This document shows, piece after piece, positions 36,616 through 49,163 of a stretch of 64,000 nucleotides of DNA. This DNA is from Squalus acanthias. Lineage: Eukaryota. Within the stretch, counting starts at the first letter, position 1. Each line of letters starts with the position of its first letter. The notes beneath the pieces are model-generated. The model worked only from the letters and a program-made list of their open reading frames with translations. It ran no database searches and was not told where the DNA came from. A program made the position numbers and the translations under genes. The stretch lies in assembly GCA_030390025.1 (NCBI GenBank), contig CM059429.1, positions 114,266,001-114,330,000 of the forward strand. The letters run 5' to 3'.

Positions 36616-36689
36616 TCTTTTTTTTCTTTCTTCATGCTGTGTGTAAAATCAGTGCTACATTTCCCCACGTTAACAACAGTCACTGCATG

Positions 36690-37755
36690 GAAATCGGGAA
36701 TGCACAAGAGGCCAGAATTGGAGGAGCATAGAAATCTCGGAGGGTTGTAGGGCTGGAGAAGGTTACAGAGGTAGTGAGGGGCGAGGCCATGGAGTGATTT
36801 GAACACAAGGATGAGAATTTTAAAATCGAGGCATTGCTGGACCGGGAGCCAATGTAGGTCAGCAAGCACAGGGGTGATAGGGTGAACAGGACTTGGTGTG
36901 AGTTAGGACACGGGCAGCAGAGTTTTGGATGAACTCAAGTTTACGGAGGGTGGTAAGTGGGAGGCCGGCCAGGAGAGCATTGGAATAGTCGAGTCTAGAG
37001 GTAACAAAGGCATGAATAAGAGTTTCAGCAGCCGATGGGCTGAGGCAGGGGCAGAGACAGGTGAAGTTACGGAGGTGGAAGTAGGCGGTCATAGTGATGG
37101 AGAGGATATGGGGTCAAAAGCTCAGCTCGGGTTCAATTAGGGACACCGAGGTTGCGAACAGTCCGGATGGAGTCGGTAGCTGGGGAACAGAGTTTGTGTC
37201 GGGGACCGAAGACAATGGCTTCAGTCTTACCAATATTTAATTGGAGGAAATTTCTGCTCATCCAATACTGGATGTTCGACGAGCAGCGTGACAAATCAGA
37301 GGTAGTGATGAGGTAGATCTGGATGTCGTCAGCACACGTGGAATCTGGCATGTTTTTGGATGATGTCGCCGAGAGACAAGCGTGTAGAGGAGAAATAGGA
37401 GGGGAGCAAGGATAGATCCTTGGGTGACTCCAGAGTTAACAGTGCGGGAGCAGGAAGAGAAGCCATTGCATGAGATTCTCTGTCTACGACTGGACAGACA
37501 GGAATGGAACCAGGCAAGGGCAGTTCTACCCAGCTGGACGACGGTGGCGAGGCTTTGGAAGGAGGATGGTGCGGTCAACCGTGTCAAAGGCTACAGACAA
37601 GTCAAGAAGGATTAGGAGGGATAGTGCACCACGGTCACAATCGCAGAGGACGTTATTTTTGACTTTGATAAGGGCCGTTTCAGTGCTGTGACGGAGCGGA
37701 AACCTGATTGGAGGAGTTCAAACATGGGGTTGGGGGATAGGTGAGCACGGATTTG
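36690..37755 (-). mobile_element. L2-clade LINE ORF2 3' fragment
   Basis: AYFHLRN, AETLIHAFVTSRLDYSNALLAGLP, IQNSAARVLT, LHWLPV...FKILILVFKSLHGLAP, ADDIQIY. Confidence 0.92.
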
Positions 37756-38939
37756 GATTGCACCAATCCTAGCTCTATAGATATGCATTTTATATTTCCC
37801 TGTATTTTTCTATCATTTTTCAGTATATGTTACATTCTCTTGGTTATTATGGATTGTCAGTTGTCTCCAGTACAGTCAGCTTCATATGGCCAACGCTGAC
37901 TCAGCCAGCTTTGGAAGTTCAAGGATTTTGTCAGCTCCAGGATGAACTGGCTTCCCTTATTGGACTTCAGATTTCCCAACATTCAATTGCATTGTAATTT
38001 GCCAGTAAGCACTTGTACATTCCTGTTCTTTAAGGTTATCTTCATTTTTATATGTCATGTGCCTTTTTGCAATTCTTGCAATACTGAAATGCAGGTTCTA
38101 GAGACCTGACCTTTTGCGCATCAAGCCCAGATGGTTTTTTGCTAGATGAGAATAAAAACTTAATAAAGCTGTTTTAGTTCCATGCTGTTTACTGTACCAG
38201 TGTGAGACGTGCCTTTTTACTGATTTTAATCAGATTCAGTTTTGCATGACTGCGTTTTCAATGGATCCACACCCACAAGAAAAAGAAACGCAAATGACTT
38301 AACATCCACGATGAGCCCTGCAAATTATTTCTGCTTTAAAATACTTTCTTACTCATGTTCTGGCCAGTATTTTTATATTTAACAGCACCCCACCTTCATT
38401 ACTGGAACAATATCAGAGCCATTGCTGCTGGAAATTGAAGGTCCTGCTACACCCTGAAAGGGTGCGGTGTGGTTTTCACAGGTCTCGATAGAACTCCCAT
38501 GTTAACTCAAATTATGATCTAAAAGAGAGATTGCAAATGTATCAACCAGCATGCTATAAATCATTGCAGCAATATTTGTAAACAGGTTTTCTTGCTGGAG
38601 TAGCCTTCCAATTAAGGTTTTAGAAAGGCAGTATTAACTTTCCTATTTGCAGAATTGACTCCGTCCATATTCATTGGGAAAATGCAGATGGTATAGATAC
38701 ACTCTGCCACCCCACCCCATACAAATGCCCAGTGTCGGGCACAGCAGACTGGTTGCTCGAAGCCTTGCCCAGCTCCACTTCTGGCAGTCAAGCAGAGCCC
38801 CAGGAATTTCCAGTCCTATGACTTTTTTGCTCTTCTAAGTCTTGATGCTCCAACCAGCACTCGCATTAAAAAGCACAGTGGAAAGTGGAGTGAGGTCAAG
38901 TAAACAGCAAACCAAGATGAGTAAAACATCATCAGTGAG

Positions 38940-41900
38940 CATAAGAACATAACAAATAGGAGCCGGAGTAGGCAATTTGGCCCTTCAGGCCTGCTCTGCC
39001 ATTCAACAAGATCATGGCTGATCTTCTACCTCAACTCACCTTCCCACACTATCCCTATATCCCTTAATTTCCTTAGTTCCCAAAAATATATCGACCTCTG
39101 TCTTGAATATACTTAACGACTGAGCATCCACAGCTCTCTGGGGTAGAGAATTCCAAAGATTCACAACCATTTTGAGTGAAGAAATTTCTCCTCATCTCAG
39201 TCCTAAATGGCCGACCCCTTATTCTGACTCTGACCCCGTGTTCTAGATTCCCCAGCCAGGGAAACATTTTCCCAGCATTAACTCTGTCAAGCCCCTTAAG
39301 ATTTTATATGTTTCAATTAGATCACCTCTCATTCTTCTAAACTCTAAGGAATATAGGCCTAGTCTACTCAATCTCTCCTCATAGGGCAATCCTGTCATCC
39401 CAGGAACCAGTGTAGTGAACCTTCGCTGCACTCTCTCTAAGGGAAGTATGTCTTTCGTTAGGTAAGGAGACCAGAATTGTGGCCTCACCAATGCCCTGTA
39501 TAATTGTAGTAAGATTTCTTCACTCTCATACTCTAATCTCTTTGTAACAAAAGCTAACGTACCATTTGCTTTCCTAATTGCTTGCTGTACCTGCATGTTC
39601 ACTTTCTGTGATTCATGTACAAGGACACCCAGGTCCCTCTGAGTGCAAACATTTCCCAGTCTCTCACCATTCAAAAAATATTTGGCTTTTTTATTTTTCC
39701 TACCAAAGTGGATAACATCACATTTCCTCACATTGTATTCCATTTGCCATGTTCTTGTCCACTCAGTCAATCTTTCTGTATCTCTCTCTGCAGCCTCTTT
39801 GTGTCCTCCTCACAGCTTACGTTCTCACCTAACTTTGTATCATCAGCAAACTTGGAGACATTACACTCAGTCCCTTCATCTAAGTCATTAATATAGGTTG
39901 TAAATAGCTGAGGCCCAAGCACTGATCCTTGTGGTACCCCGCTAGTTACAGTCTGCCAACCTGAAAAAGTCCCGTTTATCCCTACTCTCTGTTTTCTGTC
40001 CACTACCCAATCCTCAATCCATGCTAATATATTACCCCAAATACCATGAGTCCTAATTTTGTGTAATAACCTCTTGTATGGTACCTTATAGAATGCTTTT
40101 TGAAAATCCAAATACACGACATCCACTGGTTCCCCCTTATCCATCCTACTAGTTACATCTTCAAAAAACTTTAACAGATTTGTCAATCACGATTTCCCTT
40201 TCATAAAACCATGTTGACTCTGCCTAATCATATGATTTTCTAAGCACCCTGTTACCACGTCCCTAATAATAGATTCTAGCATTTTGCCTACTGCTGATGT
40301 CAGGCTAACTGGCCTATAGATCACCTGTTTTTTTTTCTCTTCCTCCTTTCTTAAATAGCGGCGTTATGTTTGCTATCTTCCAATCCTTGGGGACTGTTCT
40401 AGAATCTAGGGAATTCTGGAAGATTAATACCAGTGCATCCACTATCTCTGCAGCTACCTCTTTTAAAACCCTAGGATACAGGTCGCCAGGTCCAGGGGAT
40501 TTGTCGCCACTTAGTCCCATTAATTTCTCCAGTACTATGTCTTTACTTATACCGATTTATTTAAGTTCCTCATTCTCTCTAGACCCTTGGTTCCCCATTA
40601 TTTCCGGAATGTTTTTTGTGTCTTCTACCGTGAAGACAGATACAAAGTATTTGTTTAATGTCTCTGCCATTTCCTTATTGCCCATTATAATTTCTCCTGT
40701 CTCTGCCTCTAATGGGCCCACGTTTACTTTCACTAATCTCTTCCTATTTACACACCTATAGAAATGTTTACAATCTGTTTTTATGTCTCTTGCTAATTTA
40801 CTCATTCTTTTTTCTCTTTCCTTATCAATTTCTTGGTCCTCCTTTGCTGAATTCTAAAATCCTCCCAATCCTCACTGTTCTTTTTGTCAACATTATGAAC
40901 CTCTTCCTTTGATCTAATGCTATATTTTACTTCTCTTGTTAGCCACAGTTGGACCATTTTTCCTGTGGGGTTTTTGTGCCTTAAAGGAACGTATATTTGT
41001 TGTAAATTATGTATTATGTCTTTAAATGCTAGCCATTGCTTGTCTACCGTCATACCTTTTAATGTAGTTTCCCAATCTACCTTAGCCAACTCGCCCCTCA
41101 TACCTACGTAGTTTGCTTTGTTTAGATTGAAGACCCTAGTTTCGGATTTAACTAAATCACTTTCAAACTCAATATAAAATTCTGTCATATTGTGGTCACT
41201 CTTCCCTAAAGGCCCCTTTACGACAAGGTTATTAATTAACTCTTTCTCATTGCACAATACTAGATCTAAAATAGCCTGTTCCCTAGTTGGTTCTTCAACA
41301 TACTGATCTAGAAAATTATCTTGCATACCCATGAATTCGTCCTCCACACTATTGCAAATTTGGTTTGCTCAGTCTATATGTAGATTAAAGTCCCACATGA
41401 TTACTGTATTACCCTCGTTACATGCGCCTCTAATTTCCTGATTTATACTCTGCCCTACATTGCAACTACTGTTTGGGGGCCTATAAACAACTCCCACCAA
41501 TGTTTTCTGCCCCTTGCTGTTTCTTAGCTCCACCCAAACTGATTCTTGATCTTCGGAGCTAAGATCCTTACTCTCTACTGTCTTTATCCTATCCTTTATT
41601 ATCGGGGCTACCCCTCCTCCTTTTCCATTTTGCCTATCCCTTCTAAAAGTTAAGTATCCTGGAATATTTAGTTCCCAACGGTGGTCACTTTGCAACCACG
41701 TCTCTGTAATGGCTATTAGATCAAACTATTCATTTCTATCTGCGCTATTAATTCATCTATTTTGTTGCAAATGCTTCGCGCATTCAGATATAGTGCCCTT
41801 AGCTTTGACTTGTTTTATTTTTCCCTGATGTCACCTTAGACACTGACGCCCTATTACCTTTGTTACTTCCTGACCCACTCTGCTTATTTCTAGAGCCTTG

Positions 41901-43890
41901 ACATTTCCCTTGCTGCTTTTAGTTTAAAGCCCTGTCTACTGCCCTAGTTATTCGGTTCGCCAGGGCACTGGTCCCAGCCCGGTTTAAGTGGAGCCCATCC
42001 CAACGGAACAGCTCCCTCTTTCCCCAGTACTGGTGCCAGTGCCCCATGAACTGAAGCCCCTTCCTCCCACACCACTCTTTGAGCCACGCATTTAAACCTC
42101 TAAGCTGTTTGTCAATTTGCGTGTGGCTCAGGTAACAATCCAGAGATTATTACATTTGAGGTTCTGCTTTTTAATTTGGATCCTAGCTCCTCAAACTCCC
42201 TCAGCAGAACCTCATTCCTGGTTCTACCTATGTCGTTGGTTCCTACGTGGACCACGACAACTGGATCCTCCCCCTCCCATTCCAAGTTCTCCTCCAGCTG
42301 CGACGAGATATCCTTAATCCTGGCACCGGGCAGGCAACAACACCTTCGGAACTCCCGGTCACGGCTGCAGAGAACAGCATCTTTTCCCCTGACTATACTG
42401 TCCCCTACCACAACTACATTCCATTTCACTCCCCCCCCCCCCCCCACTTGAATGACCTCCTGCGCCATGGTCAGTTTGCTCATCCACCCTGCAGTCCTTG
42501 TTCTCATCCACACAGGTAGCAAGTACCTCATACCTGTTGGTCAGAGACAAGGGCCGAGGCTCCTCCATCACTACATCCTGGGTCCCCATACCTGCCTGAC
42601 TCGCAGTCACACCCTCCTGTCTCTGACCATTGACGAACTCTAAAGTACTACTTAATCTAAGGAGTGTGACTGCCTCCTGGAACAAAATGTCCAGGTAAAA
42701 CTCCCCCCTCCCTGTTGCCCCGCAATGTCTGTACCTCGTACTCCTGCTCAATAACTCTGAGCTGAAGTTCCTTAAGCTGCAGACACTTACCGCAGATGTG
42801 GTTGCTCGGGATCTCGCTGATTTCCACAAACTCCCACATGTTGCAGTTACGGCACACCACCTGCCCTGCCATGTCTATCTAACCTACTTTATTTATTTGA
42901 TTAATTAATTAATTTTTTTTCTCAATTATTTTAGTTTTATTACTTGGTTTATCTAGTTTTAGTTACTAATTTAATAAAGTAAACTTACAGCAATTTACAG
43001 TTTCTTAGCTAGCTTAGAGACAAAAAACTGTAATACAGGTTGAGCGTCCTGAATCCGGCAACCTTGGGACCGAGGCCGAGCCGGTTTTCGTGTTTTTCCG
43101 GACTTCGGAACGTGTTTCTGATGTCCGAAGTCCGGAAATATCGCAACCTGGGCTCGGGCGTTTCCGGACTTCGGACATCAGAAACACGTTCCGAGTCCGG
43201 AAATGCCTGGGCCGCTCCGCGTAGCGCTGACTCGTTTCTCCGCTCCTCCCCTTCTGTTAAAGGGGAGGGACGCTGCGAGCTCTGCAGAGCATCTGATGGC
43301 CCACACTAGGCCACCAGGGCGGCGTGGTGCTGTGGCCGCAGCCTGGCGGAAACACTTAGTGGATCTGTGCAGATTAAGGAGGATAAAACACAACACTAAA
43401 GTTTTATTGCATCACTCGCATTTTTCATAGGATTTTTCAAAAAATGACAACAAAAGTTAATGGCTTTTTGAAGTACAGGTTGAGCGTCCAAAATCCGGAT
43501 TCCGGAACATTTTACGGATTCCGGACGACCCTGCCACCAATCGTCCTGGATTCCGGAACTCCGGATTTTGGACGCTCAACCTGTACTCACCAACCAATCA
43601 CCTACTTGCTGCCCTGTGATGGCACTCCTTGATTTTTCTGTTTGAAGGCTCTTTATAGCGCTGCTGATCCTGCGCCTCGCTGTTTAATTTTAATTAAAGT
43701 CTTTATTCACTGACTATTTATAGTTATATTAATTAGTTTAACTAATTAAGTTATAAATTTAATAAAGTACGTTATAGTTTCCTGCTGCTATTTTAAACCA
43801 CTGTCCTAGCTTAGAGAGAAAATATGTTGATACTCGCCCACCAATCACATACCTGCTGTCCTGTGACGCCACTCCTTGGTTTTTGTTGTT
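38940..43890 (-). mobile_element. Near full-length decayed CR1 LINE (5' UTR, ORF1 with zinc finger and SGNH esterase, ORF2 EN+RT)
   Basis: ORF1: CRNCNMWE...HICGKC, coiled coil, VVGDSIVRG, VVVHVGTNDIG. ORF2: VGVVYRPPN, LDLVL, SDHN, GVPQGSVLGP, KFADDTKL. (TTCTTATG) tail at 38940; AT-rich tandem 5' units at ~42880-43890. Confidence 0.92.
43036..43583. mobile_element. Tc1/mariner-pogo (Tigger-like) MITE, composite
   Basis: TIR CAGGTTGAGCGTCC / GGACGCTCAACCTG; TA TSD at 43034-43035 and 43584-43585; a second internal TA+TIR at 43474-43500. Confidence 0.88.
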
Positions 43891-45546
43891 GAAATCGTCG
43901 GAATGCCGCCTCCTCCGATGCTGCTGCCGATTAGGTGATGATGATTAAAAACTTCTACCGACCTACCCATCGTGCAAATTAAAAAGTGAAAAGAACATCT
44001 TAAAGCTATGTACAGTAGCTCGAATGTTATCAGTCCAGTTTCTAATCCATAGATCCAGCACTCCCCAGATTTCTGTAGCGCTAACATTAAAGTGTGTTAA
44101 AAATGAAAGTTGTATGCGATGTAAAATTGGAATTTTCCATATTGCCAGGTGTAAGTTGCTTCAGTACATTGGTAGGGGGGCAAGAAAGGCCAAGAATTTA
44201 ATGCCACTTTCAAAGATAGTTGATGTTTGTATGACCAAGTCAGTGTGATTAGTTCACTTAGAGCCAACTCCTGCTCAGTAGCTATTTGACTATTGTGATG
44301 AAGGCATTCCGTTCATGTTATCTGCTGTTTACCATGATGCTACTTGTCTGTGCTGATTTGATCTGTAACATTAAACGCTCTGTCTGCAGTTTTGGATGCT
44401 GCTTGGATATATTTACTTTCCATGACCGAGGCAGGGTAGAACATGCGATCCTGGCCTTTGCGCGTCGTGGCCAGGGTTTCCCACTTCTGTGCTTGCCAGC
44501 CTGCGGTTTTCCTCCCATTAAAATGAATGGGTGGAGACTCGTGGGCTGGTGAGCACAGAAGGAAGAAATTACAGCCCATTAAACCTTTACGGCAAAACAA
44601 AATCTACTGTTTGGCAAGCAACAATGTTTATAAATTGTCAAAAATGGAGAATTATTCTCCTACTAATAGAAGGAGCAATTGATCCAACTTGTGGTTAGTT
44701 TATGTGGTGATTTATTCTTTAGATCAGGACTGCTTTCATTTTTCAGATTCCAACACTTGCCTCTCCCAGGTCATCTCTATCTCATTGATAATCTCTCCTT
44801 CATTTCTAGCATCTTTATCTCCGACACAAAGAATGGCCACTGGAGGGCCAACAGCCCCGGTAAAACTGTCTCCCACCATGAGTTACTACCTTCAGGAGAT
44901 GGGTATAAGGAGGGAGATTAACATATTTGACATATTACTCAATGGGTTATTTCCTGACAATCTGCTGCTCTTTATTACTACATGAGCATGATCACCTTGA
45001 GGAGGAAGTTGGCACAGATGTAGAGACCGAAAGCTGGATATGGTGTCTGAATGTGATAGTTTTGGGCCACGTTTGCATTTGAACTCAGGACATTGTTGCA
45101 TGCTGCTGGTTTTCAACAGTTTGATGAAATCCGCGATCATCTAGTTTGAATATGATTAAGAAACAGTTGGACTCCAAGTACAGTACAGATAATTTTGCTT
45201 GTAACTTAGGATTTTGGTTTGTAAACTTTTATTGTTGTACATTGTTCTTGCTGTAACTTGTATGAATTACACAATACTGCATTACATAACCTTGCCAACA
45301 CTACCTCAAGAAAATGCTGCTTTGCATAAATTGGTTGTTCCAAGTTGGACTTTTTCACAAGAACTTTTCTTGTGTTTACAGCTAGATTACTGTTCCTGTA
45401 AGACTTTGAGCCATAACTCACATCTTTATTCTCTGCCATGTATGGGCTAGTGTAGTCCAGGTCTAATCTTTAACTCTCTATAATTAGTGGAGGGTTCCTG
45501 GGATGCCCACCGTGTTCTTCTGACACCTGTAAAGGTGGAAAAATAT

Positions 45547-46245
45547 AGGCTCCAAATTTGCGGTCGGAGGCTTCCCGCGGGCAGATGCCTCCGACCTACA
45601 AAAAATCTACAAATTTATCTGGTGGTCCTGGAGGTACGGAGACTCGCACACCTGGGCCTCTCTGGGTACCCGCGGGTAGAGGCCCACGTATCCCAGGGGC
45701 GCTGGTGGTTCGCAAACGCCCCTGGGATCACGTGGGCCAGCCCAACCAATGAAAGAAGGGGATTCCGTACGTACGGAACTCTTATGTATGAATGGGGATC
45801 ACTTAAAATATACACAAACACATGAAATAAGTTTGAAAAAAAATAATTACATATTTAAAATTAATTAAAATGTCATTTAATTAAATATTCTAAACAAAAA
45901 TTAAATTTTTTGAATTTTTTATACGTTTTAACGGGGCTAAAAATAAACTTACCTTCTTGGACAGGGTTTTTAATGTATAAACGAGTGATAAAAGTTTATT
46001 TTTCTATTTTTTAAAAATCTTACGCTGGGAAAAGCTGGCCTTACGCCTACTTTTACCAGGCATAAGAATTTCACGGGCGTTCACTGGGCAGAAGTTGTGC
46101 AAATAGCGCAACTCTCCGCCCGTGGAGGCCCTTTTCCCGGGGATGCATGCGATCTGTCAAGAAGATTCTTGACGGATCGCAAGTTCCGGGTTTTAGCGCA
46201 TGCACTTCACACACCTAAACCCGGAACTTGCGTGGCCCCGTAGGG
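45547..46245. mobile_element. Non-autonomous DNA transposon (Harbinger-like family D), right end not clear
   Basis: Shares CCCCTGGGATCACGTGGGCCA, an AT-rich core with TAAAAATAAACTTACC, and a GCGCATGC-centred hairpin with 55438-56170. Confidence 0.65.
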
Positions 46246-46523
46246 GTCACAAATTACCTCTTAATTCAAAGTTGATTAATTCAGATATTCTGTTGTTTCA
46301 ATTTTTTTCTTTCAGTGAAAAATGCTTCCTGTGCTTTTTTATTAAAATGACTTAATACCTACTATTGGATAATTAGATTTTTTCAAAATTTAAAATGACT
46401 TTGAATTAACAAGTTCCTCCCACCTTGTATTCTAGCACTATTTCAATGGCAATTGTGCAAAAATTTAGGGATTTGTTTAGATTTAGATTTTTTTTTCATG
46501 CACACTCTGATTGTTACTTTCAG

Positions 46524-46642
46524 GACTCGCCTTTGTTCGACATACTCAGGCAGCAAAAAGAACAGGAAGATCAGCCAGATCAGCCTGAGCCCACCAGTAC
46601 CCTCAAGCAACCTCTCCAGCACAGCCACACGGCTGCAGACCT
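46524..46642 (+). CDS. RB1: RB1 exon 18 equivalent (119 nt)
   Basis: tttcag|GAC...GAC CT|gtaagt; DSPLFDILRQQKEQEDQPDQPEPTSTLKQPLQHSHTAADL vs human DSPLFDLIKQSK...LPLQNNHTAADM; phase 0 to 2. Confidence 0.95.
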
Positions 46643-46837
46643 GTAAGTATATGTACAGAGGATGTGTTGCTTGGCTATCGCCGATAACTGGTATTCCATG
46701 TGGAAATTGTAGAAGCAAACAGTCACAGACATGTAATCTAAAGTACTCTCATTACATATATGCGTCATTGACATGAATTTATTTTCACCTTTAGTGGAGC
46801 AATTCAGTCACCTTTGGCATCTTCTGTTTGTCCATAG

Positions 46838-47007
46838 TTACCTTTCCCCCGTCAGATCCCCACGGAAAAAAGGGTCCAGTACAGTGCACGCAGCTCCCAC
46901 ACAACAAGTAAAAACCGAGACACCATCTTCTGGCCAATCTCAGCCCCAGCCCCAGCCTCAGCAAAAACCTCAGAAATCTACCTCACTCTCCCTCTTCTAC
47001 AAAAAAG
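46838..47007 (+). CDS. RB1: RB1 exon 19 equivalent (170 nt)
   Basis: ccatag|T TAC...AAA G|gtaagt; YLSPVRSPRKKGSS...QKPQKSTSLSLFYKK (S608 and S612 CDK sites; start of pocket B). Confidence 0.96.
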
Positions 47008-47564
47008 GTAAGTCAGTGCATAAATATTCTTCATGCGCTTTTAATAATAGTTCTAGGGGGAAAATAAGAATTAGCCATAACGTTGTTCAATCCAATGGCT
47101 TAGCTCTTAAGGTGGTAGCAGAACAGTTGTACTGTATAACTTTGGTGTATAATAAAGTTCTAAGATTTTTTTTGTATAACATACGTGCTAAAAGTAGTTT
47201 GGTATTGAGAAAACTCTTTCCCCATTCATTGCAGTATAAACACTTGAAAGTGGTTATTTATTTCTGGTGCCTTTGCCTGATGGTGTCATGTCACACCGGG
47301 TGGGAGGTTAAAGTTCAACTAAAATGTCCCTACCTTACATGCGTCTAATGCCTTTTATATTTCATTAGTTGCTGTTTTGTATCAGTGTGCAATACAAACT
47401 GTGGCGCAGGTTCAACATTAACGGCAGCAACCACTAATGGGAGTGGGCATTGTTTTCATGTGGTTGTGCAATACAGTTAGAGGCTGACCTTCTCAGGTCA
47501 TTTTCTTTTACTGTACTAAATAGGTTCCAAGTTGGTGGGGGAAAAATTACAAATATAAAAAAAA

Positions 47565-47908
47565 TCATGAAAAGGGGTTTAGATAGAGTAAGTAAAGAGA
47601 AACTATCTCCAATGGCTGAAGGGTCGATAACCAGAGGACACAGATTTAAGGTGATTGGCAAAAGAGCCAGAGACGACCTGAGGAAAAACGAGCGGTTAGG
47701 ATTTGGAATGCACTGCCTGATAGGGTGGTGGATACAGATTCAATAGTAGCCTTCAAAAGGGAATTGGATAAATACTTGAAAGAGAAAAAATTGCAGGGAT
47801 ATGGGGAAAGAGCGGGGGAGTGGGACTAACTGGATTGCTCTTAAGAGTAGGCACAGACTCGATGGGCTGAATGGCTTTCTGTGCTCTACTATTCTATGAT
47901 TCTATGAA
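47565..47908 (+). mobile_element. CR1 3' fragment
   Basis: KIMKRGLDRVSKEKL...TRGHRFKVIG peptide; (ATTCTATG)2 tail. Confidence 0.9.
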
Positions 47909-48184
47909 ATTGTTTCTCTGCACGCACATTTTACCTCGTAAGAAAATCAATTTTTCAACTATCCCCAAAGGACTCAAAACCAGTGGAAACCCCACTGAAG
48001 TACATTGAGGGAGAGCTTTGAAAGAGGTGGTGACTGGAGATGAACAACCTTTGTTTGGCACTGTTGCCATGAATTCTCTTCCCAATAATGTTACTGTGCT
48101 ACATTATGAATCAGGAGTTAGTGCCTTCGACTGCTCGGAACTACATTCCAGTGTGGCTCTGCTGCATGAATTTTTTGTTAATTA

Positions 48185-49163
48185 TTCATTCACTGAGTGT
48201 GGGCGTTGCTAGCAAAGCCAGCATTCAACTGAGTGGCTTGCCCACTTCAGAGGGCAGTTAAGAGTCAACCATGTTGGTGTGGGTGACTGGTGTCATATAG
48301 GCCAGACTGGGTAAGGACAGCAGATTTCCTACCTAAAGAACATTAATGAACCAATTGGATTTTTACAACAATCCAACAGCTTCATGGTCACTTTTTTACT
48401 GGCACCAGATTTTTATTTCCAGATTTAAAAAAAAACAATTCAATTTCTCAAACTGCCATGGTGGGATTTGAACTCATTTTTAAATTTGTTTTATGGGATG
48501 TGGGCGTCACTGGCAAGGCCAGCATTTATTGCCCATCCCTAATTGCCCTCGAGAAGATGGTGGTGAGCTGCCTTCTTGAACCGCTGCAGTCTGTGTGGTG
48601 AAGGTACTCCCACAGTGCTGTTAGGGAGGGAGTTCGGATTTTGACCCAGCGACGATGAAGGAACGGTGATATACTTCCAAGTCAGGATGGTGTGTGACTA
48701 GGAGGGGAACTTGGAGGTGGTGGTATTCCCATGCGCCTGCTGCCCTTGTCCTTCTAGGTGGTAGATGTCGTGGGTTTGGGAGGTGCTGTCGAAGAAGCCT
48801 TGGTGAGTTGATGCAGTGCATCTTGTAGATGGTACACACTGCAGCCACGGTACGCCAGTGGTGGAGGGAGTAAATGTTTAAGGTGGTGGATGGGATGCCA
48901 ATCAAGCGGGCTGCTTTGTCCTGGATGGTGTCGAACCTCTTGAGTGTTGTTGGAGCTGCACTCATCCAGGCAAGTGGAGAGTATTCCATCACACTCCTGA
49001 CTTGTGCCTTGTAGATGGAAAGGCTTTGGGGAGTCAGGAGGTGAGACACTCGCCGCAGAATACCCAGCCTCTGACCTGCTCTTGTTGTCACAGTATTTGT
49101 GGATTATTAGTCCAGGCCTCTGGATTACTAGTCCAATAACATAACCACTATGCTGTCATACCC
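48185..49163 (-). mobile_element. Family-B partner SINE split by a LINE family B fragment (SINE parts ~48185-48478 and ~49099-49163)
   Basis: The body matches 4470-4901; the head continues after the LINE as GGATTATTAGTCCAGGCCTCTGGATTACTAG...ACCACTATGC. Confidence 0.8.
48480..49098 (-). mobile_element. LINE family B 3' fragment
   Basis: TRAGQRLGILRRVSHLL...IYKAQVRSVMEYSPLAW; near-identical to 18028-18655. Confidence 0.92.

Noticed and set aside
46773-47348. 191-aa ORF as a standalone protein
   Set aside because: RB1 exon 19 with open intronic flanks; similarity stops at the splice sites.
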